DNA of 32,000 bases from an uncultured Chloroflexia bacterium (GTDB lineage Bacteria > Chloroflexota > Anaerolineae > Anaerolineales > Anaerolineaceae): NCBI GenBank assembly GCA_963704755.1, contig OY969938.1, positions 4,650,001 through 4,682,000 of the forward strand. Direction: 5' to 3'. The position numbers and the translations under genes are program-made. This document shows positions 1 through 9,149 of this stretch, in pieces (position 1 is the first letter of the stretch; each line of letters begins with the position of its first letter). The notes below the pieces were generated by a model, which worked only from the letters and a program-made list of their open reading frames with translations, was not told where the DNA came from and searched no databases.

Positions 1-300
1 GAGATGAACACAGCAGTAGAGAGACACCATGAAATACCATTTATAGACCCAACTTCTCAAAAAGGTACAAGATGGGGATTCATGGATTGCTTATATCGCA
101 CAGCAGCCGGTTGGGTCTTAGTCGATTTTAAGACAGATGAATTGCGCAGCCAGGCAGCACTAGAAGAAGCTGTGAATATGTATTCTTCACAACTACTGCG
201 TTACAGTCAGGCTGCCACCGCGTTGTTGGGTAAAAAGCCCCTTTCGCTTATGTGTTTTTTGAACGCCAATCGGGCGGTTGAGGTGCGTGAGGTTGTGTGA
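1..300 (+). CDS. 3' end of a helicase-nuclease gene: RecB-like PD-(D/E)XK nuclease domain (5' partial, runs off the window)
   Basis: The frame of ORF 4..300 is open from nt 1. GWVLVDFKTDE followed by YSSQLLRYSQA matches the hhhD-[FY]-K-T and QLxxY core of RecB/AddA-type C-terminal nuclease domains. Confidence 0.55.
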   Translation, partial: EMNTAVERHHEIPFIDPTSQKGTRWGFMDCLYRTAAGWVLVDFKTDELRSQAALEEAVNMYSSQLLRYSQAATALLGKKPLSLMCFLNANRAVEVREVV

Positions 301-470
301 ACCAATCAGTTTCATTCATTCCTGAAAGATAACCAAGTAAAAATAGGACCGGTAGTTTAGAAACCTGGGAAGTGGAATATCGCAATTGGATCATCTTTAT
401 CAGCTATTTCAAGAATTGATAAATATCGGCGGATCTGCTCTGGCTGTTTCCGCTGCAAGCTGACGGGATA

Positions 471-851
471 TTACGCCTTCGCAGGAACGTCACCCGCCTC
501 TAAATGCATCGAACCATCGGGGCCTTGATGAAAGATCAGCTGCTGAGTTGTGGTGTGGACGCACTTATATTCCATTGGTCCCGGATAACCAATACAGGAA
601 GCATCTGCGCAGTAACTATCTTCAATAAGTTTGCCGATGATTTCCAGCATGGCTGGGCTGAGGGTCGGCACACAGATACCTTTGTATTCCTCATATTCTG
701 ATTGATATGCAACCTCAGCAGCCTCGCGATTTTCAAAGGATTTATATTAAGCGCCGTTGAAGCCCGTTACCTGCGCAGAGCATTCCTGCCAGTTGGAAAA
801 CACTCCGGTTTGTCTACCTTTCCAAACGACATAATATTTTTGTTTTGGCAT
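471..851 (-). pseudogene. RNase H1-like gene remnant: N-terminal hybrid-binding (viroplasmin-type) domain plus only the start of the RNase H fold
   Basis: My own minus-strand translation from ATG 851..849 gives MPKQKYYVVWKGRQTGVFSNWQECSAQVTGFNGA, then an in-frame TAA (nt 747-749), then YKSFENREAAEVAY...DASCIGYPGPMEY. The first part fits the YYxVxxGRxxGIxxxWxE HBD pattern and the last part fits the DxSCxGNPGP first catalytic strand. The ORF stops about 45 aa into the catalytic domain. Confidence 0.6.
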
Positions 852-928
852 ACTTCCCCTTTGTATATTTCCAAAAATACTCTAGAAGTAGTAGAGATTA
901 ATCTGCAGCCCAGCGATATTCGAAACTT

Positions 929-2662
929 TCACGAGATAAGGTTAGTGTACCTTTTAATTGAAGACTTTAATTCTTTTGCTCCTTGCATTGGCAATGTGGG
1001 TAACATGCTGAAATACTGACGTATTGCGGCATTAATCGCTGCCAGACATGTCTTTGTTTTTACCCAGTTTTGTGGGCTAAAAACTCGATTTGGTGGCTGA
1101 GGCTCGTTGGCGGCGGCTTCTAATGCTGTGTTTAAGCAACTACCTGCAATCTTTATTATTTGCTCAACTTGATTCCGAGTTTGAGCTTGATCCCAAGCTG
1201 CCTTAGGGCTTGCAACCATCTCGGGTAGATTACTCGCGATTGAATAGCACATGGATACTGCATACAACTGGTGGTAGGGAGCATAAGATTTCATAGCTAA
1301 GAGGGTTTCATTCAATCCGAGAGTATTCTCCGATGTCCATCCTTTCATAATTTCCTGCATCCAATAATTTAAAGCTTGGGCATCATTTGGTGAGTAATCC
1401 CTTTTAAATAATTGCTCGAAATACTTATCGAAAATCTTGGTCTCACTATAAGCAATATTTGGTCTTTGTGAATGCCAAGAGATTAAATATTTTCCAAGAT
1501 CGGATAGGTCCAAGATCATGGTTTTATCTTTCGATGGAGGAGCTGCCTCTCCACGTTTTGAAATAAAATAACCGTTTGTGAAGGTTTGTTCAAACGAGTG
1601 TTTTAAGTTTAGTACCCGTTTATCATTGCTCCTTAGATCACGAGGTTTCACCACACTTTGTGAATTTGTCGAGATACTGATTCGGTCAGCTCGTTCAATT
1701 TGCGGAATTTCATAAAAACGGAACATGATATAGGCATCTTGAATTTGTTTGGTACGCTCACTGCAAGATAAGATTGTATTTAACGATTGACAGCCATTGA
1801 CAACACTTAAACCGTTGAGCTGCAAAACCCCGCTCTCAGAGAGGTGCATATGGTTGCATATTGCAGTAATGCCATTATGGAAAAAGTAGAAGTCTCGATA
1901 TTTATCACTGTAAATCGTAGATCGAATCGCTTTATTGACTGGATTATTCAAACCGAGCGATTGTCGCACATTCTTCCGAAATAATGTACCATCCTTAATT
2001 CCAGGGAAAGTAATGCAATCTTTTAATTGAATAGCTGCCACCACAGCTTCAGTTCCAGCTATTTCCATCCTTATGTACTTATCAGGTTCTAATTGAATAG
2101 TATGACGCAGGGAAGGATTATCTTTCTCTAAGGCCATATCATATCGTCGTTTTAACTCTTCTTGATCAATCAAGTTGATGGAACAGGTTAAATCATCAGG
2201 TTTTGCAATAGTCTCCTGAAAAATGGCAAGGTCATGTGTCGCAGCTTGCGTTAATTGAGCAGTTGTTATCAATTCAAAGATAATTTCGTAATCATCTTCG
2301 AGAGCGACAGCCACTTCGGATAATTTCTGTTGTAGTTTTTGGTTGCAGTTTTCTTGTAATTTGATCATGTTTTTTAATTGAGCCCAGGATGATAATACTT
2401 CTCTCAGCGGCTCTGCATCTACAAGAGTGACCCCGATGAACTTACCCTGAATTACATAAATTGCACTATTTTCTTCATCAATGTAGATGGCGTCGATTTG
2501 TTTGTCATTCGCGCCATCAGTAATGTTATATTTCGTTTCATCCAGACTACAAAGATGGATATTACGCAGATACCAAGCTACAAATCTTTGCCCATCATTT
2601 GAAAAATTTTGAGTGTAGTAAAGCTGTTTAATTTCGGTTTTAATTTGCTCGTAGATATTCAT
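929..2662 (-). CDS. AIPR-family (abortive infection phage resistance) protein, paralogue 1
   Basis: 577 aa. The N-terminus has DGANDKQIDAIYID...VIQGKF (Mrr-like D..D-x-K/QxK pattern). The central part has FFHNGITAICN and VVNGCQSLN, which match the NG-h-T-h-h and h-h-NG-x-Q-[ST] hallmarks I recognise for AIPR proteins. A GGAG lies 7 nt upstream of the ATG. Confidence 0.75.
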   Translation of the reverse strand: MNIYEQIKTEIKQLYYTQNFSNDGQRFVAWYLRNIHLCSLDETKYNITDGANDKQIDAIYIDEENSAIYVIQGKFIGVTLVDAEPLREVLSSWAQLKNMIKLQENCNQKLQQKLSEVAVALEDDYEIIFELITTAQLTQAATHDLAIFQETIAKPDDLTCSINLIDQEELKRRYDMALEKDNPSLRHTIQLEPDKYIRMEIAGTEAVVAAIQLKDCITFPGIKDGTLFRKNVRQSLGLNNPVNKAIRSTIYSDKYRDFYFFHNGITAICNHMHLSESGVLQLNGLSVVNGCQSLNTILSCSERTKQIQDAYIMFRFYEIPQIERADRISISTNSQSVVKPRDLRSNDKRVLNLKHSFEQTFTNGYFISKRGEAAPPSKDKTMILDLSDLGKYLISWHSQRPNIAYSETKIFDKYFEQLFKRDYSPNDAQALNYWMQEIMKGWTSENTLGLNETLLAMKSYAPYHQLYAVSMCYSIASNLPEMVASPKAAWDQAQTRNQVEQIIKIAGSCLNTALEAAANEPQPPNRVFSPQNWVKTKTCLAAINAAIRQYFSMLPTLPMQGAKELKSSIKRYTNLIS

Positions 2663-2900
2663 AGATGGCTCCTAAAATGGCAAGTAGTAGTACGAATCTG
2701 ATTCACCGGAAAAGTTGATTTAAATTATTTTTATAGCTCTCTGCATAGCAGATTATCCCCTCCATTATGAGGTTCCTGTTTTATCTAGATTGCTACAGAA
2801 GGATTAATTGGCATATCAATCTCTTCTATCACCTGCTCAACATTATCAAACCAGTAATTCCGATATCCATCCACAAGAAATATTTTGACCGTTCTGCCAC

Positions 2901-5602
2901 TCATTGGTGGCAATCCTTAGTATTTTGCTTTATTGAGTATTGGGCAATCAATCCCTCTAGCGTCATATTTTCAGTAATTGCATCATGAGGGATGAGTGCA
3001 TATTGCCACGGTTTGCCACCGTATTCGAGGGCATGATCGGTTGCGCGCTTGCACCAGGTTACAGCCGCATCGCGCTTTGCCTGTACAATAGGTGTATCCA
3101 CCTCTCTGCTTGCTTTCGGTTCAAGCATGTAAATACATTTGGTCACCTCGGCAACGAAGTCGGGTTGATATTCCAGTTGTTCAACGCCTGCGGCATAATA
3201 GATTTGGAATTGCCCTAGTGCTGGTTTAAACCATTTTTCTGCATAGTGATCCAAAATAATAGCCAGTTTTCTTTCTGTATCCGATTGAAATTTTTGGACC
3301 GGATAGAGGCACCGGGTAAACCCACCAAATATGATTTGATTGATTTTGTTTTTGTCAGCGGGCGGTACATGAAAATCCTGAATGGGCTGTGCAGCATAAG
3401 AAGTAAAAGCGCTCTCTTTTAATGCCATAAAACCACGCGTTACATTTACTTCGTAACCACTGTTTTTTTCCCACCGATGAGCCTGCATTTGGCTATGGAT
3501 GAGGTTAGCTAATTGGCGTTGATAATAAACAACCACATTGAGCACTTCATCTTGACTAACCAGATAACTTTCTAGGTGACGTACCATTTGACCAGCCAGT
3601 TCATAAAGTAAATCAGCTTGGTTGTCATAGGAGATATCGGAGAAATCAATCAACTGCCGCACGATGTAATCTTCAAGTCTTGTTTCAGACGCAACCCGAT
3701 TGCCAGTGCTGAGGGATTCCTGCTCGTTGTTTTGTAAGCTGCGAATCAACAGATCTCGATCAACCGGCTGAAAATGAACATTGGTTGTATCGATCTGAAA
3801 ATTGTCGAAACCACTACTGACCACTCCGGTAGGAACGACCACGATCCGCGGGATATCAATAGTTAGTTTTTGTAATTGGATAACCGCCTGTTTTACGATT
3901 GCTTTAATGTCTGGTGCTGGCTGAGGCTCAAGCCCAGGTAATTCCGTTTGAGCGGGCGGTATATATTGCCTTTGAATCTCTTGCACGATTTCGTTCATCA
4001 CATTGGGTTGCTGTAAATGGGTCGATGTGGGCAAAAACTCACGTCTCTGAATGGCTTGATATGCAAGTTGGGCAACCTGTTGTTCTGCAGGGGTTTTAAA
4101 AATTGAAGATGGAATGATCCGAGTGCCCCCACTTAAAGAAGCTGTTAGTGTTACCCCGGCTAGTTTGACTCGCAATTGTTGGCGTTGCTAAGACGGTAGT
4201 CATCCGCGAATTATCGTCCGGCGGTTCTAGAATAAGTTGTTCTAACCGAATAACAGAATCGGGACGGTTGGCTTCATCCACAATCTCCTGGAATTTATCA
4301 TGGGCAACGATACTCAACCTGTCAACCGCTTTTATACCAGTTCTTTTGCCGAATGGTAGACGTAAACCACGACCAATAGATTGTTCAATCAAGATCCTTG
4401 CATTTGCGGCTCGTAAGGGAACAATTGTATAGAGATTGGTAACATCCCAACCCTCTTTGAGCATATTCACATGAATGACGATTTCAGTTGGTTCGTTAGG
4501 GTTTTCCACTTCTAGAAGCCGTGCGACAACTTCATCTTCTTTTGTGGTGGAATCAACTTGAATGACTTTTGTTTTGTAGCGTCCCTCAAAAAATTCATCA
4601 GATTGAATCAGGTTTAATAACGACCGAGCATGAGTTGTGTCCCGCGCAATAACCAACATAAATGGTTTGACAAAGGGTTTGCCCGTCTGCAGAGCATAAG
4701 TTTCCAATTCCACTTTAACGTTTTCGTGCAGACGAATGCCGTCTTGTAATTTGATTTGCTCAATCTCAGCAGGGGAGTGATTTTGAGGTTGAAAATTCTT
4801 TTGGGTCACGACCGCAGGCTCTTTAACAAAGCCATCTTGTAAGGCTTTTGCGAGCGGATAATCAAAAATTACATTTTTGAATGGAATGGCTCCTCGTCCT
4901 GTTTCGGTAAATGGGGTCGCGGTTAATTCCAACCCCAGAACTGGCTTGAGCTCATTAATCGCCCGTGCACCAGCGCTGGCTCGGTAACGGTGTGATTCGT
5001 CCATCAGCATCACCAGATCCGGTAAACCGGCCAGATAATCAAAGTAACTTTGCCCAATATACTCTGAAAGGCGTTTGATTCGAGGGGAATTTCCACCGCG
5101 AACCTCGGAGTTTATCTTTGATATATTAAAAATCATTAATTTTACATCGCAGAATACTGTCAAATAAGGTGCCGGCTGAATTTTCGTAAGTGTCTCCCGT
5201 AATAATTTCTGGGGGATTGGTAGCAAATTCAGCGATGCCTCTAAAAACGTATTTGGGTGTGTTGGGCGTAAAATCAGTAATCAGTTTATTGTAGATGGTT
5301 AGATTAGGCGCAAGTACAAAGAAATTATTCAGCCCATAAGCCAGATGCAAATAACTGATAAAAGCCCCCATCAGCCGGGTTTTTCCAACGCCAGTTGCCA
5401 GAGCAAAACAAAGCGAAGGAAAATCTCGTTCAAAATCAGTGACCGTAGGAAATTCTGAGTGAATGGTTCCCAGAACTGCTTGTAAATCAGGCTTTTTATT
5501 GGGCGGAGTAATTTCCATTACTCGGTCTAGAATTTCAAGTGAGCGTCGCTGCGGTGGACGCAGACTGAGTCGGCCGCTAATTGCGTTGACTAATCGATGC
5601 AT
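2901..5602 (-). pseudogene. res: Type III restriction enzyme Res subunit (SF2 helicase + PD-(D/E)xK endonuclease), read across three frames
   Basis: ORF 5126..5602 carries motif I (ALATGVGKTR). ORF 4096..5226 carries motif II (LMDESHRYRA) and later helicase motifs (VNMLKEGWDVTNL, QSIGRGLRL). ORF 2901..4175 carries a nuclease-type motif (YQPDF...MLEPKA). Frame breaks lie at about nt 5140-5165 and 4170-4185. The ATG overlaps the mod stop (TAATG) and AGGAGGGG lies upstream. Confidence 0.85.
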
Positions 5603-7371
5603 TAGTTTTCCCCTCCTAAATTAAAACCCAGTTGGCGCTCTACCGATTTTGAATCGATTAAATCTTCTTCATCTTGTTGGGTTAGAGGCGGAGTCAAGGG
5701 TAAGTTAGCTACTTGCAGACTATAATCGTCGTGACCGTATTCACAGCGGGAAAGCACCGCCTGAGGAATCTTTTTGATTGTCAGGTTGGGAATAGCATCT
5801 CCACTGGCGGAACGGAAGGCCGAGCACAATACCAAGAGCGTCCGTTGAGTTCCCACTTCTTCGCTGAGCGCAAGTAGTTGTTCATGGGTCAGGGTTTGTG
5901 TTGTGATATAGATAAAGTCCTGCTCTGTGGAATATCCGTGCATCCAATAGTGTTCGTCGCTGGGTGCATAAATAAACCCTTCCAGTTTACAAACAGCTTC
6001 TGTCAACATACCGGGGTTATATTGTTTGTTAATGACCCAGTTGCCCCAGTGGTCTTTCTCCAAAAGAGAAGGTGCTAACTGATAATAGCGGAATCCCCCA
6101 CCACCCCGCCACTTAAAAGCTTCGGTAATTCCGCTTAAATCTTCTCCATCAATCACTCTTTTCATCCGTGGAATGATATGTGTTTGGCAATGATCTCCTA
6201 ATTCCACCATGATCCAGCGTCTCCCCATCTTGTGAGCAACAGCACCTGTTGTGCCTGAGCCTGCAAAGGAGTCAAGAACAACGTCTCCCGCTGATGTAGC
6301 TAGTTCTAGGCAGCGGCGAATTAGTCTTTCAGGTTTTTTTCCCTTCCTAAAAGTAACTCCTCCTTCATTCGCTATGCCCTCCCAAGCGATATCAGTCCAA
6401 ATATTCGTCATGATCGCGCTAGCGGAAAGGACGCCATCAATTTCCACAACATTCTTTGAATAAAATAGTAGTTGTTGTCCATCGAGAATATAAACGGTAT
6501 CTAATCCACGATCTCGTTCAAGTTGAAATACTTTTCCGGGATTTAATTGAGACACTTTTTTTAGTCCGATAATAGCCTCTCCAGCACCAGTATCACTGAT
6601 TGATGCCAAGCGACAAACTCTACTTGCATTATCTACAATAAACTGATGAAAATGCTCTAAAGCAGAATCTGGTCTACGTGAGCGGGGAGGTGACGCTTTT
6701 TCATATCCATCCATAAGCGGGATTAATTTCCACTGATCGAATGGTTCACTGGGGTTATTTAACCATTTATTATAGGCATAATCTGGTGTGCGTCGAACTC
6801 TACCTGAGTTTTCAACGAAATTATTTTTATCATATGCATACCAAAGAATGTATTCAGATGCTTTAAAAACCCCCGGATTAACTGTGCTAAATGCAGAGGG
6901 TGAACGCGAAGAAACAGTGATCCTATTAACGAAGTTTGAGCGCCCGAACACTTCATCTAGCAATACCTTACAGTAATCCAGCTCATCATCATTTAGATGA
7001 ACAAACAATGACCCTTCCTTACATAGTAACTGACGTAGAACTACAAAACGCTCTCGCATCAGACCAAGCCAAATTGAATGTTCCAATCCATCATCGTAGT
7101 TTTCAAACATTTCACCTGTATTGAAAGGTGGATCAATATATATACATTTTACTTTTCCTAAAAATTCTGACGATAGAGCTTTTAAAGCCAATAAATTATC
7201 GCCAAATATCAAACGGTTATCGAAAATGTCATTATCCGTCACTCGATGGTTGGCATGAAAGCTTAATTCCGGATCTTCCAATAAAATGCGCGGTTCTAAG
7301 CGCGGTCGATTATCTTTGCCGATCCAGGTTAATTCCAATTTTTGTTTGTGATCAGTCATATTGAATTCCAA
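5602..7371 (-). CDS. mod: Type III R-M Mod subunit (beta-class N6-adenine/N4-cytosine DNA methyltransferase)
   Basis: 589 aa. Motif IV (CIYIDPPFNTG) lies N-terminal to motif I (VLDSFAGSGTTGAVAHKMGRRWIMVE), and the N-terminus KLELTWIGKD is typical. This IV-TRD-I order, followed directly by res, fits Type III. The track start at 7371 is a TTG; the first ATG is at 7359. Confidence 0.85.
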   Translation of the reverse strand: MEFNMTDHKQKLELTWIGKDNRPRLEPRILLEDPELSFHANHRVTDNDIFDNRLIFGDNLLALKALSSEFLGKVKCIYIDPPFNTGEMFENYDDGLEHSIWLGLMRERFVVLRQLLCKEGSLFVHLNDDELDYCKVLLDEVFGRSNFVNRITVSSRSPSAFSTVNPGVFKASEYILWYAYDKNNFVENSGRVRRTPDYAYNKWLNNPSEPFDQWKLIPLMDGYEKASPPRSRRPDSALEHFHQFIVDNASRVCRLASISDTGAGEAIIGLKKVSQLNPGKVFQLERDRGLDTVYILDGQQLLFYSKNVVEIDGVLSASAIMTNIWTDIAWEGIANEGGVTFRKGKKPERLIRRCLELATSAGDVVLDSFAGSGTTGAVAHKMGRRWIMVELGDHCQTHIIPRMKRVIDGEDLSGITEAFKWRGGGGFRYYQLAPSLLEKDHWGNWVINKQYNPGMLTEAVCKLEGFIYAPSDEHYWMHGYSTEQDFIYITTQTLTHEQLLALSEEVGTQRTLLVLCSAFRSASGDAIPNLTIKKIPQAVLSRCEYGHDDYSLQVANLPLTPPLTQQDEEDLIDSKSVERQLGFNLGGEN

Positions 7372-7375
7372 TCTT

Positions 7376-9013
7376 CTATGCCGCTTCAGGCTGATTGATA
7401 TGTGCCATAACAGTTTGGGCTAACGGTTCTGCATCAGTCATGGTCCTGAATATCTTTAAATACCCTTTTTGGTCAGCCGCAAACATAGGTTCAGCAATGG
7501 AATAAATTTGTTCTGCCAATTCCAATATTTGGCGAGATATTTCAAGTTTATCATTGTCAGAAAGAATGAGCTCGACTTTATTCAGTATTGCTTGATTGAG
7601 CCTGCCCCAAATATGCATAATGAAATACCGTCCATGCCGGAAAAACATTTGCCGGCGCCCCGTCTCAGCATTCTCCGCATGTTCAAATAAATTATCTATA
7701 TAACGAAAGATTTGCACTGCATGGTAAAGTTGCGTACCTGTCAGACCAGCCCGGAAAAGTCTTGAATAATAAGTGCCATTCCGATCACTAATCAAACTAA
7801 TTTCCCTTTTTGCGACAACGATTATCTGCGTCTCCCCTGAAAAACAAGCTAATGCTCGGGCAGCTTCTGACAAAGAGAATTGGTTTTCCTTACTGGACAA
7901 TGATTCTGCAGAAGGTCGATAATTATAAATAACTTCGGATATCGCAAGCTCCTGCCGCAATCGTTCTTGATTGGGATCAAGTGCCGCAAAATCCTCTCGG
8001 TTCACTGAGGTTTGTGTATTGCGTGCATGGGTTATTCGACGACCAAGCTCGATTGAATTCTCGTCAACTCCAATTTCCAATATCGTTACCATTATTCTTG
8101 CTTCGGCTGAAAGCTCACCAATTTGACTTGCTTGACCTATAGAACCAACTGTTTGTGCACCATTTACAATCGAAAAATTATTGAGAGTAAATGTGGCGCG
8201 ATCTTGATTGTTTGGAGCAAAATTATATTCCGAGCAAATGACTGTCAAACCATTATTTAGATAAAATAATTCATTAGGGTTTGCCTGAACCGTTTCGGAA
8301 ATTGCAACGTTTACAGCCTGATTGCCCAGGTAGTGCCGAATATTTTTCTGGAACAACGCATTTCCATATTGTTGATAAATTTCATTCAAATGAGATGCAC
8401 GAACAAACCCATAGACTGCTCTTCTGGGCTCAGTAAAATAATTCCAGTGCTCAACGGATATTTCCACGTTGATTGTCTCTATAGCTTGCTCTTCGGTAAG
8501 CCACCTGTGAATTACAGGTAGGCCAATATCGCGCCAGTCAAACCAATTTTTTAGTGCGTTCTGGCCTATTTTAAAAGCTTCTAGATCACTAATTGCATGC
8601 GGTCCTAATGGATTACCCAAATAGACAATACCTATTAAAATCTTGGTGTTTGGCATTCCAAGTGCTTCTTCAACCTCAGATTGAACACGTTCAAATTCTG
8701 GGTTGCGACCAGATTGGAAAAAACGTTCGTATCTCTCTGCTAATAGATCAGAGACCCCAGAAATAAAGGTAAGAGTAGAGGCACGATCTGGAGCATCACC
8801 AAATTTCGATTGAGCTAAACAAAGTATATTTTGTCTGCGATCATAATAAATTGCGTCAATCCCATTATCATCGCCACAATCTACGACTGAGGCAACAGAA
8901 TCGATATCACTACAACCGGAAAGCTTTTGAATGGAGAAAGCAGCTAATGCACGACTAAACTGATCCTTTCTTTGGTCTTCCTGAGGCCGATTAGGAAAAC
9001 GAGATGGCAACAT
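7376..9013 (-). CDS. AIPR-family protein, paralogue 2
   Basis: 545 aa with CGDDNGIDAIYYD...CLAQSKF at the N-terminus, and YLNNGLTVICS and IVNGAQTVGS centrally. The motif set and order match 929..2662, but the sequence is otherwise strongly diverged. Its stop lies 4-16 nt upstream of the mod start. Confidence 0.75.
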   Translation of the reverse strand: MLPSRFPNRPQEDQRKDQFSRALAAFSIQKLSGCSDIDSVASVVDCGDDNGIDAIYYDRRQNILCLAQSKFGDAPDRASTLTFISGVSDLLAERYERFFQSGRNPEFERVQSEVEEALGMPNTKILIGIVYLGNPLGPHAISDLEAFKIGQNALKNWFDWRDIGLPVIHRWLTEEQAIETINVEISVEHWNYFTEPRRAVYGFVRASHLNEIYQQYGNALFQKNIRHYLGNQAVNVAISETVQANPNELFYLNNGLTVICSEYNFAPNNQDRATFTLNNFSIVNGAQTVGSIGQASQIGELSAEARIMVTILEIGVDENSIELGRRITHARNTQTSVNREDFAALDPNQERLRQELAISEVIYNYRPSAESLSSKENQFSLSEAARALACFSGETQIIVVAKREISLISDRNGTYYSRLFRAGLTGTQLYHAVQIFRYIDNLFEHAENAETGRRQMFFRHGRYFIMHIWGRLNQAILNKVELILSDNDKLEISRQILELAEQIYSIAEPMFAADQKGYLKIFRTMTDAEPLAQTVMAHINQPEAA

Positions 9014-9149
9014 ATTGAAAAACCTTGCTTCTAGAATAGTTAAAACCTGTTTTTCTGTTTAATTCTGCACCAGCATTTGCTCTAAGCATAAAAATTATCC
9101 TGATTTATCAAAATATCTTATTCTGACATCTCTATTCGACATATATTGT

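Noticed and set aside
331-350. Weak similarity between ATAACCAAGTAAAAATAGG (left, ~331-350) and ATACCAAGCAAGTAGCG (right of the integrase, ~22304-22320), considered as possible att cores
   Set aside because: Only a CCAAG core plus scattered matches. Serine-integrase att sites need not share long identity, so this cannot be distinguished from chance without an empty-site comparison.
702-3218. Plus-strand ORFs 702..1019, 2767..2988 and 2985..3218, and similar 60-100-aa ORFs antisense to the SNF2, ATPase, mod and AIPR genes
   Set aside because: All are embedded antisense in, or overlap, much longer motif-bearing minus-strand genes. They lack SD sequences and have AT-rich-codon compositions (Ile/Phe/Leu/Lys/Asn) typical of chance ORFs.
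5602-7371. Looked for simple-sequence repeats in mod or res that would indicate a phase-variable Type III system (phasevarion)
   Set aside because: No homopolymer of 8 nt or more and no tetra- or pentanucleotide repeat tract is visible in mod or at either res frame break.
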